A DNA stretch of 64,000 nt. Origin: a virus (Duplodnaviria > Heunggongvirae > Uroviricota > Caudoviricetes). The DNA lies in the IMG/VR virus record IMGVR_UViG_3300045988_154391. One strand, 5' to 3'. The translations under genes were made by a program, and so were the position numbers. Position 1 is the stretch's first letter. Every line of letters starts with the position of its first letter. This document shows positions 32,150 to 41,891 of this stretch, in pieces. The notes beneath the pieces are model-generated. The model searched no databases. It was not told where the DNA came from and saw nothing but the letters and a program-made list of their open reading frames with translations.

Positions 32150-34728
32150 ATAGCCATAACGTCATGAGCAACACCACGAGTGTCTCCCTTACAAGACACA
32201 GAACGTCTGGCAAAGAGAGGTTCCACTCTGAAGCCTCTGTCCTGATAAAGTTCTCTGACGTTTGGCGCGCCACTGTTAGTAATGAGTACCTTTGCACCTC
32301 GGCGATGAGCATCCGTCAACAGAGACACCAGGCGTTTTTGCTCTTCAAACTTAAAGTCATGACCGGAATAGTTCGTGAACCCCTCTGTATTGGGGAGCGG
32401 TTCATACGGCGGATCGCAAAAGATGACATCTCCTTCTCCGGCAGCTTCAATCACTGCTGCAAAATCACCGCATACAAACTCAGACCGCCCTTCCGCACCG
32501 AGGAAGGCTTCCATCTCCTGTAATGGGAAATACGGAGTTTTATACTTCCCATAACCGACATTGAACTCACCGGCCTGGTTGTAGCGCGTCAATCCGTTAA
32601 AACAATGACGGTTCAGGAACAAAAACGCCGCTGCGCGATGTAAATCATCATAGACTTGTTTGTTAAACGCATTCCGTACTGCCAAGTATCCCTCCTGGGT
32701 GTTGTAGTCCAGGAAAAAACGATGTGCCAGAGTGATAAGTGAATGCTCCTCGCGTTGCAGAGTCTTGTAAAAGTTAATCAGGTCAGCATTCACATCATTT
32801 AGCAGATTTTCCTGGTATCCGGCATTCATGAAGACAGCTCCGCCACCGACGAAAGGTTCAATCAGGCGCTTCCCTTCTGGCAAATAGCGAAAGATTTGTT
32901 CCAGAACACCAAATTTTCCACCGGCCCATTTGAATATGGACCGTTCGAATTCTGCCGCTGGTTTAACTTTTCGCTCTTTTGTTTCACTTCCTTCTTTCTG
33001 CCGACATACGGCCTTAGTAATCCGATCGCCAATCCAGCGCATTACTGGTATTGCCATACTATTGCCGATCGCTTTGTAACGCGGTCCGTCAGCTGCAAGC
33101 ATCGCGGCCTCTTCTTCGCTTAAATCTGGATAGTGATTGCGAAGATATGCCAGTTCATCTGAATTAACTTTTTTACGCTTTTCCGTCGGGATCAACGTAT
33201 GCCCATCAGGAAAACCTTGAAGTCTCTCACATTCGACAGGGGTAAGACGGCGAACACTCATCATATGAGGTAAGTAACCATTCTCACCTAATTCGCCTTT
33301 TTCAATACTTTTCTGCCCCCCAAAAGATAACGCAACGGCGTCAGCTGTAGCGCGGGAATCAAGAGTAAAACTTATCTCTTTTTGCCACCCTTTACCTTGC
33401 GGTCCAGCATCATCTTTTCGCCCAATTTGTGCATGTTGTAGCGAATACGCAACAGCTGGTGGGCAGCCTGCATTTGGATTGCTATTAACAGAATTACCTG
33501 ATCGTAAAGTCGGAGAACATTCAATAGAAACATCTTGTCCATAATCTTTGCAGGAAAAAGCTACAACTGCATTTTCTTGACCATGGTTACGACCAATAGT
33601 ATGTGCCAATTCACAATTAACATCAGGATCTTGTGTTCCATGAATAGCCATCACCGCCAGATGTTCGTGACTTTCTTGTGATCTGGCACGAAGAGTGCCT
33701 GCACCTTCACGCCAACTACCAGCACCAGTACTACTGAAAACAGCTAAATCGGTTGCATCTTTAAAATCTCTGGCCTTGACAGTAGAAGCAGTCTCATCAT
33801 CAGCATATTCGCCAAATGCAACCATTCGATAAGCACCAACAAGCCCACTTCCGCGCTGCGCAAAAATCTCTTGGTTACTTGCACCGATTCCGCCAGTATT
33901 GTGTGACTGGTTAAGTGTCGGGTGAGGATTTACAGGGTTATCCCAATGGCTCCCGCTTTTAATGCCATTTCCAACATTTCCGGCAACTTCCTTCCCCTCG
34001 CCTCTGCTCGGCGCAATATTCCGGCGCACGCCTTCGAACTCAAAAAGTACCGTTGCGGGATCGAGGTCTGTTCGAGCACTTGCGACAACAAACACGCGTC
34101 GGCGTCGTTGTGCCACTCCGAAGTATTGGGCATCAAGGATTCTCCAGGCCACCTTTCGCTGCGGTCCATAAATACAACCACACTGCGGCCACTTTGGAAC
34201 ATGGCAACCGGTTTTGCCATCCCACCGCCAGAACGCGTTGCTTTTTCCTGATTCAGGTCGATCACCTGGTTCAAATGGCACATCTTCTCCAGCCAATCCG
34301 GCAAGGAAACATCCGAAGGCGTTATCTGCCGATGACAAGACTCCTGGGACATTTTCCCAGACGATAACGGCTGGTTTGAGAAATGACTCAGCCCGTTTGT
34401 CGTCAATTGCATTTGCAAGCTCCACATACTTTAAAGTTAGCGCGCCACGCTCATCATCAAGCCCACCACGTAATCCCGCGATACTGAATGCCTGACAAGG
34501 TGTTCCCCCGACGAGCACATCAGGGGATTCGATTTCCCCAGCCAGGACTTTTTTGGCAAGTTTTGTCATGTCGCCAAGGTTGGCGACATGGGGCCAGCGG
34601 TGCGCAAGAACGGCAGATGGAAAAGGCTCGATTTCAGCAAACCACGCCGGACGCATACCCAACGGTTCCCAGGCAATACTCGCGGCTTCAATTCCACTGC
34701 AAACAGATCCATAGCACAGCTCTTTCAC
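32140..34728 (-). CDS. dmt: Fused DNA methyltransferase: N-terminal C5-cytosine domain plus C-terminal Dam-like N6-adenine domain
   Basis: 862 aa; C5 motifs [27 protein letters not shown]; C-terminal FKWAGGK and DPPYEP. Confidence 0.85.
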
Positions 34729-35630
34729 TGCTTAGCCTCTCCACCAAGGGCATTTACCAGAGCATCAACCAGGCACGAAATTTCACTGGTCAACAGGAAG
34801 AAATCTGCGTCCAGTCGCTGCGCTACATCTTCACTATCAATATCAGAGTTCTGATCAAGCAATTCATCCGCAAATTTGACGCTGGTAAGGCTGAAGTTAT
34901 GGTCCAGTGTAAATTTAATGCGGTTCTGCCAGTCGAGTGCCAACTTAGTGACGAGCTTGCCAGCTTCCAGGTGTGTGGAAATTTCATCGCTTCCCAAATC
35001 CTGCTTTTTCACTCGGGCAATACCGCCATCCTCAAGCACTGCCTTAAGTTCTGCCGCATCCCCCATTTGAAATCCCTGTGGAGCACTACCATCACGTACC
35101 CAGTCGGTCAGCGTTAATTCAATGGGATTTTCAACACTCAGGGGAACAACAGGAAGAGAACCCAGAGACTTACGCATAAGCGCGAGCATATCCTCTGCCT
35201 GCCGCGCGCTGGCATTGATATAGATACGTTTAGTTGAACCGTCGTAGATCGCCTGGATAACAGAAAACTTTGAAAAAGCCCGTGGCAGAAGAGAATGCAG
35301 AACTTCGTCTTTCAGGGAGTCCTTCTCTGTTTTCTTCAGTTTACGCGCTTGTTCTTGCTCAAGTTTTTCAATTTTTTCTTGAATAGCTCGCTGGATAACC
35401 GGCGGGGGAAGAATTTTTGTTTCGCGCTTTGCTTCAACAAGGATAAAACCATTTCCATGCATAGCGATAACTTCGGAATTATCACCAAATGGAGATACAA
35501 AACCGAACTTGGCCATATCCTGACTACCGCATGGCGTGAAAAGGATCATTTTCTTTTTATCTTCTAAGTCGGTCAGATCCGCCTCACGAGAAAGTTTATA
35601 AATAGTAATGTTTTTCCAGTGCTTAAACAT
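34725..35630 (-). CDS. hrdC: RdgC-like recombination-associated protein
   Basis: About 301 aa from the [13 protein letters not shown] start; [13 protein letters not shown] and [24 protein letters not shown] are near-identical to host RdgC as I recall it. Confidence 0.85.
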   Translation of the reverse strand: MFKHWKNITIYKLSREADLTDLEDKKKMILFTPCGSQDMAKFGFVSPFGDNSEVIAMHGNGFILVEAKRETKILPPPVIQRAIQEKIEKLEQEQARKLKKTEKDSLKDEVLHSLLPRAFSKFSVIQAIYDGSTKRIYINASARQAEDMLALMRKSLGSLPVVPLSVENPIELTLTDWVRDGSAPQGFQMGDAAELKAVLEDGGIARVKKQDLGSDEISTHLEAGKLVTKLALDWQNRIKFTLDHNFSLTSVKFADELLDQNSDIDSEDVAQRLDADFFLLTSEISCLVDALVNALGGEAKQ

Positions 35631-35979
35631 GTTGTAACCCTTGAATATCAACCACAGAAAGCTCGTCTTTGTAGAAAAAGGCCAGGTTGTGGCACCCCCT
35701 CGTTTGAGCGTATGAGCTGGGACCAATTTCGTTCTTCCAGACAAATGGCTTCAAATCCGTACGGCGAAGCATAAAAACGCGATTTGTTCCGCTCTGATTC
35801 CCAATGAGGCAAAAGCCTTCTTTCACCTTGATAGCCTGCAAGTTGTCGAGTTCACCGCTGGTTACACGGCTATCGAACTCTTTGCGGCTTATTAGCTCCA
35901 TCTGCATCTGACGACTCCAAACAAATGCCCATTGAAGGGCGATGGCTGAATGGTACCGAAAATACGACATAAAAAACAA
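35623..35979 (-). CDS. Hypothetical protein upstream of hrdC
   Basis: 118-aa ORF whose start abuts an operator-like site; first gene of the apparent three-gene dmt operon. Confidence 0.4.
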   Translation of the reverse strand: MFFMSYFRYHSAIALQWAFVWSRQMQMELISRKEFDSRVTSGELDNLQAIKVKEGFCLIGNQSGTNRVFMLRRTDLKPFVWKNEIGPSSYAQTRGCHNLAFFYKDELSVVDIQGLQHV

Positions 35980-35995
35980 TATTTATTAGAGCAAT
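35979..35995. promoter_or_regulatory. C1-operator-like 17-mer (16/17)
   Basis: AtATTTATTAGAGCAAT at the 5' end of the minus-strand operon. Confidence 0.5.
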
Positions 35996-36076
35996 TTTGC
36001 AATAGTTGAACTCCATGTAGACCACAAACAACCTGAGTTAAAATAACGAAAATCAGAGCAAATAATTGGTGATGAC

Positions 36077-36361
36077 GTGGCAAGTATTGCAACAAAAGAC
36101 AGCATTTGTTCGGGGCACGGAGGATTCCCATCCAGGCCTCCTGTAGAGAGTGAACCACTACTTAAAGTCAACGGAGTCGAAGTGTTAGTTGATGGTAAGC
36201 AATATGCACAGCATACCGATGGAAACAGTACGCACGGTGGGCAAGCTATATCAACCAGGGCATGGTTTACCGTCAATGGTAAAGGGATCGTATGCGTTGG
36301 TGACCCTGTTTCATGCGGATCTACCGTAGCGTCCGGAGACGGCCTGGTTCAGGTAAGTTAG
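36077..36361 (+). CDS. PAAR-like spike-tip protein (putative)
   Basis: 94 aa; ICSGHGG, HTDGNSTHGG and VGDPVSCGSTVASGDG resemble PAAR repeats; appears to start on GTG. Confidence 0.5.
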   Translation: MASIATKDSICSGHGGFPSRPPVESEPLLKVNGVEVLVDGKQYAQHTDGNSTHGGQAISTRAWFTVNGKGIVCVGDPVSCGSTVASGDGLVQVS

Positions 36362-36369
36362 GAGATATC

Positions 36370-37158
36370 ATGCTGGAAAAAGACTACCAGTTATCCGCAT
36401 ATAAAAAATTGGCTGCCGCCGGTGGGATGAAAACACCTGGTGCCATAACATCAGCACGAAACAGTGCTAACACAGCAAAACTGCTTGCAGAAGAATTGAC
36501 CGGATTAATTCTGGATACAATTGTCTATCCCGACACTATTACCAGCTATGTTTCAACGATCAGAACAACCACAACCGGCTTAACGAACATTGGAGAACTG
36601 GCAACTAAGCACGCGGACCTGTTGGCTGGTTATGCAGATCTGTCAATGCTGCTTCAACTCGATATTGGTTGGGATGTTTACTGCCGTGCTAATGAGCGAG
36701 AAGTATCAGAACTGCCGATCTCTATTGCCATTGGTGATGTGACTATTACTAAATCGCTTGAGGACGCTGTAAACGCGCTTAATACATCAAGTTTAGTCGC
36801 TGCTATGGGGGAGATTAACCAGACCCTTAACACTGGCTCAGGAAGCTCGTCAGGCTCTGGTTCAGGCGGCGGCACTGCCACTCCCCCACCAGCACTAACA
36901 GAAGAGCAAATTGAATCTCTGAAAGTAGCAACTGAACAGTTTGGGGTTGTTTTCAACCAGACAACAGCGCCCACAACTGCGTTACAACAGCAGTATGAAC
37001 GAGCGAATGAAAGCGCCAATGTAGCCATAACTGCTTATAACCATGCTATCGGTACTGCTCTTGCGGAAGCATCAGCAAATAAGGCCAGCACAGCCAGCGC
37101 AGTTGCTGCTTTGGTTCCTGATTCTGTTCTTGATGAATTAAACAAAGCGGCACAGTAA
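36370..37158 (+). CDS. Hypothetical protein with a Ser/Gly-rich linker
   Basis: ORF 36313..37158 trimmed to the ATG at 36370, which has an AGGAG 5-9 nt upstream. Confidence 0.45.
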   Translation: MLEKDYQLSAYKKLAAAGGMKTPGAITSARNSANTAKLLAEELTGLILDTIVYPDTITSYVSTIRTTTTGLTNIGELATKHADLLAGYADLSMLLQLDIGWDVYCRANEREVSELPISIAIGDVTITKSLEDAVNALNTSSLVAAMGEINQTLNTGSGSSSGSGSGGGTATPPPALTEEQIESLKVATEQFGVVFNQTTAPTTALQQQYERANESANVAITAYNHAIGTALAEASANKASTASAVAALVPDSVLDELNKAAQ

Positions 37159-37197
37159 CAAAGGACTTCATTGATAATTTTTTTTCAGGAGGAAGAC

Positions 37198-37620
37198 ATG
37201 TCATTCTTTTCTACGTTAAAAACAGCTTTGTCTTTGAAGGAGAAACTTGCTGCTACTGGTGTTCTTGTTCTGATTTGCGCACTTGTTGGTGCTGGGTTTG
37301 CATGGGAACGTCATCAGCTAAAGCAAGCCATCGAGAAAATTGGCAGTCTTGATCAGGCTGTTAAGGAACGTGATAAGTCAATAATGGATCTTAACCAGAC
37401 CATTGAGACGATGAACAAAGCAGAGCAACATTTTCACAGCCAGGAAGTGAAAAATGAATCAGAACAAGCCAAATATGCTGACAGGCAAATGGAACGAAAA
37501 GCTGAAGTTCAGAAACAACTGGTTGCGGCGGGTAATGTTCGCCAGCGCATTCCTGCTGACACTCAGCGGTTGCTCCGGGAGTCGATCAGCGAATTTAACG
37601 CCGACGCCGACAAAGGTTAA
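37198..37620 (+). CDS. Putative i-spanin (Rz-like)
   Basis: 140 aa from the ATG at 37198 (AGGAGG upstream); N-terminal transmembrane helix then coiled-coil periplasmic domain. Confidence 0.5.
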   Translation: MSFFSTLKTALSLKEKLAATGVLVLICALVGAGFAWERHQLKQAIEKIGSLDQAVKERDKSIMDLNQTIETMNKAEQHFHSQEVKNESEQAKYADRQMERKAEVQKQLVAAGNVRQRIPADTQRLLRESISEFNADADKG

Positions 37621-37786
37621 CCACCCTGCCCCCAAAAGTGCATTTATGTGCAGAATGCCAGAGTTTAGCAGTGAATATTTTGATGATCTGCCAGCGTATA
37701 TCCTCGATACAGAAACGATGCTGATGGGGATTAACAGGAAGAATCGCAACGTTAATGATTACAACCGCGCTATCAGCGGTAACTAA
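37535..37786 (+). CDS. Putative o-spanin lipoprotein (Rz1-like), overlapping the 3' end of the i-spanin in another frame
   Basis: 83 aa; MFASAFLLTLSGC signal with lipobox; Pro-rich mature part; starts 86 nt before the i-spanin stop and extends 166 nt past it. Confidence 0.5.
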   Translation: MFASAFLLTLSGCSGSRSANLTPTPTKVNHPAPKSAFMCRMPEFSSEYFDDLPAYILDTETMLMGINRKNRNVNDYNRAISGN

Positions 37787-37797
37787 AAGGGATTTTT

Positions 37798-38190
37798 ATG
37801 TCTGATAAAGTAACAGTAAAGCAAACTATCAACAAAGCGACTTCAATCTACAAAATTGAGCACATCACTGTTGGCAAGCCAGGATCTGAACAATACCGTC
37901 ATGCTTTCGAGCTTGCCGATCAGCTTGGTTTAAAACACCCGGATTGCATTGAGCATGTATTTCCGACCTATGCTGATGAGCAATGTACTCATGTTCTTAC
38001 CGAAGAGGATTTTTTCAGCACTGAAGAACGAGAAGGCGTTGATCGCTGCATTGGTGTGATTTGCTCTTCAGTGAGTTATGAGTTATTCCCTAATGTCCAT
38101 GAAAATGGTGGTATTGGATACCAATTCCTGTACGAAGGCGATGAGCTTAAATGTTATGAACATGGTCTTCTTATCGAAAGCGTAGAATAA
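37798..38190 (+). CDS. Hypothetical protein
   Basis: 130-aa ORF adjacent to the plasmid origin. Confidence 0.45.
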   Translation: MSDKVTVKQTINKATSIYKIEHITVGKPGSEQYRHAFELADQLGLKHPDCIEHVFPTYADEQCTHVLTEEDFFSTEEREGVDRCIGVICSSVSYELFPNVHENGGIGYQFLYEGDELKCYEHGLLIESVE

Positions 38191-38232
38191 TACCCTTCCT
38201 TCCAACCGGCTATGTTGGCCGGTTTATTCAAC

Positions 38233-38303
38233 TTATCCACAGCATAGATCCAATAAACAGATCCTAAAGAGAACCCAGGAAGATCCAAAGAAGATCCCGG
38301 ATC
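38233..38303. other. Plasmid origin region: consensus DnaA box plus five clustered GATC sites
   Basis: TTATCCACA at 38233-38241; GATC at 38247, 38260, 38282, 38293, 38300, mostly in AGATCC heptamers. Confidence 0.6.
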
Positions 38304-38343
38304 GCTGTAAGCCGCGCCATTTCTGGCCTGAAATGGGATCAAC

Positions 38344-38450
38344 ATTGACTATACGCGATTTTATGTTGACTGTGCACGATTTATTGTTGACTGCACGCGA
38401 TTTATTGTTGACTATACGCGACAGAAACATTGACTGTACGCGATTTTAGA
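38344..38450. repeat. Five direct iterons upstream of repA (incC-like)
   Basis: Five copies of (A/G)TTGACT(A/G)(T/C)(A/G)CGCGAT-like units at about 21-bp spacing. Confidence 0.7.
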
Positions 38451-38523
38451 GCCTGACTATTCACAGTTGTTGATAACTGCAATCCAGATGACGCCAGGCC
38501 GCGACACATATGGAGAAACCACG

Positions 38524-39408
38524 ATGCCGGAAGAAAATAAAGGCTTCCTTAGCGTTGAAGAAGTTGCAGGAAATACAGGAGAAATCCACAGCCTGAAACC
38601 CAATAACAATAGCACTATACAACCCATCGCTTTGTTGCGCTTAGGTGTGTTTGTGCCAACCTTAAAATCTACCAATGTGGCACTACGTCGCGGATCGTCA
38701 GTTACTACAAACACAACGAACGCAACCGAAGAACTATCAAGCCTCAAAATTGTTGAGCAGGAAGGCTATGAGGGAATTGAAATACATGGTCCACGCCTGG
38801 ATATGGATACTGATTTTAAGGTGTGGGTGGGCATAACCTCCGCGTTGTTTGACTACGCACCTGATGATGACGGCATAATCACCCTGCCATTCTCCGAGTT
38901 TGCCGATCGATGCGGCTATCCACGTAAGCGCCTTTCAAAGGCGTTCCGTAAAAGTATTGATGACTCTCTGACACGCATTCAGCAGACAGTTGTCAAATTC
39001 CGCTTCCCGGCGGCAAAAGGTCATCTCAATAACATTAACGTCAACTTGTTGGCATATAGCAGCCTGAATACCGAGCTTGATGTTATCGAGATCCAGCCGC
39101 AGAAACAGCTATCTGAACTTTACTATGTTGACTATAAGCGAATCCTGAAGCTGAAGATGCTGGATAAGCTCGGGCGCAAAGAGACGGCCAAGGTACTGTA
39201 TACATTCTTTGAGGCTCTACCTGCCAACCCGGCACCTGTCAGCATTGAGCGCCTTAGAGCAAGGCTTAATCTCAAATCATCCGTTAGCGTGCAAAATAGC
39301 GTTATCAGAAAAGCCATGAAAGATTTGGAAGCTATTGAATATCTTAAATTTTCAGAGATAAAAAACGGCAGGAAAATCGGCTTCCAGATCCATAAGCGCA
39401 ATCCATAA
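38524..39408 (+). CDS. repA: Plasmid replication initiator RepA
   Basis: 294 aa from the ATG at 38524 (GGAG upstream); P.ALLRLGVFVP and GPRLDMDTDFK resemble P1 RepA as I recall it. Confidence 0.8.
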   Translation: MPEENKGFLSVEEVAGNTGEIHSLKPNNNSTIQPIALLRLGVFVPTLKSTNVALRRGSSVTTNTTNATEELSSLKIVEQEGYEGIEIHGPRLDMDTDFKVWVGITSALFDYAPDDDGIITLPFSEFADRCGYPRKRLSKAFRKSIDDSLTRIQQTVVKFRFPAAKGHLNNINVNLLAYSSLNTELDVIEIQPQKQLSELYYVDYKRILKLKMLDKLGRKETAKVLYTFFEALPANPAPVSIERLRARLNLKSSVSVQNSVIRKAMKDLEAIEYLKFSEIKNGRKIGFQIHKRNP

Positions 39409-39409
39409 T

Positions 39410-39690
39410 ATTGACTATATGCGATAGCGAGAAGTTGACTATAGGCGACATTCGTTGACGCTGGTGGATTTTTGCTGGCGTCAATATTCTGCAAGCTGCT
39501 ATTGAGATGGCTTTTAGGGTCATTTCATCGCGTATAGTCAACGTTTCTCCCGACAATATCTTACATAGTCGATTTTTGGTGGAGTTAAATCGACTACAGT
39601 CAACTTTTGACTGTAGTCACATCGCGCATAGTCAACTATTCACATTAACTTTCGCGCATAGTCAACATTTGCGCGGTTCTCATCAAGCAG
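39410..39690. repeat. Iteron array downstream of repA in both orientations (incA-like copy-control locus)
   Basis: About 8-9 copies of TTGACTATA(T/G)GCGA and its reverse complement. Confidence 0.6.
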
Positions 39691-39700
39691 TGGTATTGAT

Positions 39701-40510
39701 ATGCAAGAAGAGAAACAACACTACCTCTACGTTCTGGTGCCGGAGAACGGAGATACTTTTAAAATCGGCATTTCATGTGGTCCATTGGCACGGTTTAAAG
39801 GGCTACAAGTGAATCCCGATTTTGCGCTTTCACGGGTCTATCGTGGTACGCGTTTGGCAATAGTTAATCTTGAGCGGGCTTTACACGCAACCTTTTTCCC
39901 CTGGAATGCGCCGTGGGAGAAAAGCGCCGGTGGCGGGCATACTGAATGGTTTACACGAGAGTGTCTTGATAAGGTTTTGGCTCATATCGAATATCTAAAT
40001 GATATGTGGGGAGGGATTCTCGAGCGGATTAAGTCGAATGATTTACTTCAGCGTCCAGTAGATGCTGCTCGCTCTTTCGAAAAAGAACTGGATGTTACTT
40101 CTATCGTGACTTTCAAAGATGACGCAGGAATGAGGGATGTGGCTTATGTCTCCATATCTGGCTATGAACCTGACGCGATCCGCGCTCAATGTGAATTGCT
40201 GAAAGCGATGTTTACGCTTCGGACTAAATATCCCTGGGAGACAGGGCGGGTGTGCTTCCCTATGGAAGAGTTAACCGCCACCATTGATTCCCAGCTTTAC
40301 CACGATAATCCAGAGAAGTTTTTTAGCCTTTTAGCCGGTAATGGGCTTAACTGTGTGTCCGGACTGGGGCGAAGTAGAATCCAACATGCCTCGCTCTTCG
40401 GTCCCTTCTTTTACGATCGAAACGGGTGCTTTGAGGCTGAACTTCCGGCGCTTACGCGTGCTATAGATACTATCGATTTCGAACGATTATTCGCAGCTCT
40501 TAACAAATAA
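39701..40510 (+). CDS. T5orf172/MUG113-type (GIY-YIG-like) domain protein
   Basis: 269 aa; N-terminal YLYVLVPENGDTFKIGIS...RFKGLQ...GGGHTEWF matches the T5orf172 signature as I recall it; lies between the iterons and parA and has its own terminator. Confidence 0.5.
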   Translation: MQEEKQHYLYVLVPENGDTFKIGISCGPLARFKGLQVNPDFALSRVYRGTRLAIVNLERALHATFFPWNAPWEKSAGGGHTEWFTRECLDKVLAHIEYLNDMWGGILERIKSNDLLQRPVDAARSFEKELDVTSIVTFKDDAGMRDVAYVSISGYEPDAIRAQCELLKAMFTLRTKYPWETGRVCFPMEELTATIDSQLYHDNPEKFFSLLAGNGLNCVSGLGRSRIQHASLFGPFFYDRNGCFEAELPALTRAIDTIDFERLFAALNK

Positions 40511-40517
40511 CACTGAT

Positions 40518-40538
40518 GCCCCTGAACGGGGCTTTTTT
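40518..40538 (+). terminator. Rho-independent terminator
   Basis: GCCCC-tgaac-GGGGC followed by TTTTTT, 8 nt after the stop. Confidence 0.65.
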
Positions 40539-40678
40539 GTGCCCTCCTTGCAACTCTCTATCGTGCAAAATGAACCAAACATGCAGAGAATGCTATGTAC
40601 AAGCATCTACGCATACATTATTATTTTATGCAGCATTTTTAATTAAATTCAAAAATACAGCATAAAGGATGACTTTCG

Positions 40679-41875
40679 ATGAGTGATTCCAGCCAGCTTC
40701 ACAAGGTTGCTCAAAGAGCAAACAGAATGCTCAATGTTCTGACTGAACAAGTACAGTTGCAAAAGGATGAGCTACACGCGAACGAGTTTTACCAGGTCTA
40801 TGCGAAAGCGGCACTGGCAAAACTGCCTCTACTGACTCGAGCGAACGTTGACTATGCCGTAAGTGAAATGGAAGAAAAGGGTTATGTTTTCGATAAACGC
40901 CCTGCTGGCTCTTCAATGAAATATGCGATGTCAATTCAGAACATCATTGACATATATGAACATCGCGGAGTGCCAAAATACCGGGATCGCTACAGCGAAG
41001 CGTATGTGATTTTCATCTCCAATCTTAAAGGCGGTGTGTCAAAAACTGTATCGACGGTTTCTCTGGCGCATGCAATGCGTGCTCACCCTCATCTTCTGAT
41101 GGAAGATTTAAGGATTCTGGTTATTGACCTTGATCCGCAATCTTCAGCAACGATGTTTTTAAGCCATAAACACTCTATTGGTATCGTAAACGCAACATCT
41201 GCACAGGCTATGTTGCAGAATGTAAGCCGTGAAGAGCTGTTAGAGGAGTTTATTGTTCCTTCTGTTGTACCTGGGGTTGACGTTATGCCTGCGTCGATTG
41301 ACGATGCCTTTATTGCATCCGATTGGAGAGAGCTGTGCAATGAGCATCTACCGGGTCAGAACATCCATGCTGTCCTGAAAGAAAATGTGATTGATAAGCT
41401 GAAGAGCGATTATGACTTTATCCTCGTTGATAGTGGTCCTCACCTTGACGCCTTCCTGAAAAATGCTTTGGCCTCGGCCAATATACTGTTTACACCTCTG
41501 CCGCCAGCAACTGTCGATTTCCACTCATCGCTTAAATACGTTGCCCGCCTTCCTGAGTTGGTGAAACTCATTTCGGATGAAGGCTGCGAGTGCCAGCTTG
41601 CGACTAACATTGGTTTTATGTCCAAGTTGAGTAACAAGGCAGACCATAAGTATTGCCATAGCCTGGCTAAAGAAGTGTTCGGTGGGGATATGCTCGATGT
41701 CGTCCTCCCTCGCCTTGACGGTTTTGAACGTTGCGGCGAGTCTTTTGACACTGTTATTTCAGCTAACCCGGCAACGTATGTTGGTAGTGCTGATGCATTG
41801 AAGAACGCGCGAATTGCCGCGGAAGATTTTGCTAAAGCAGTTTTTGACCGTATTGAATTTATCAGATCTAACTGA
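40679..41875 (+). CDS. parA: Partition ATPase ParA (type Ia, with N-terminal HTH extension)
   Basis: 398 aa; deviant Walker A KGGVSKT. Confidence 0.9.
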   Translation: MSDSSQLHKVAQRANRMLNVLTEQVQLQKDELHANEFYQVYAKAALAKLPLLTRANVDYAVSEMEEKGYVFDKRPAGSSMKYAMSIQNIIDIYEHRGVPKYRDRYSEAYVIFISNLKGGVSKTVSTVSLAHAMRAHPHLLMEDLRILVIDLDPQSSATMFLSHKHSIGIVNATSAQAMLQNVSREELLEEFIVPSVVPGVDVMPASIDDAFIASDWRELCNEHLPGQNIHAVLKENVIDKLKSDYDFILVDSGPHLDAFLKNALASANILFTPLPPATVDFHSSLKYVARLPELVKLISDEGCECQLATNIGFMSKLSNKADHKYCHSLAKEVFGGDMLDVVLPRLDGFERCGESFDTVISANPATYVGSADALKNARIAAEDFAKAVFDRIEFIRSN

Positions 41876-41891
41876 GGAGTAAGAAACCCCC

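Noticed and set aside
38344-39690. Possible CRISPR array suggested by the short direct repeats around repA
   Set aside because: Repeats are about 19-21 bp at irregular spacing, occur in both orientations downstream of repA, and flank a RepA gene with a DnaA box; they are iterons, not CRISPR repeats with spacers.
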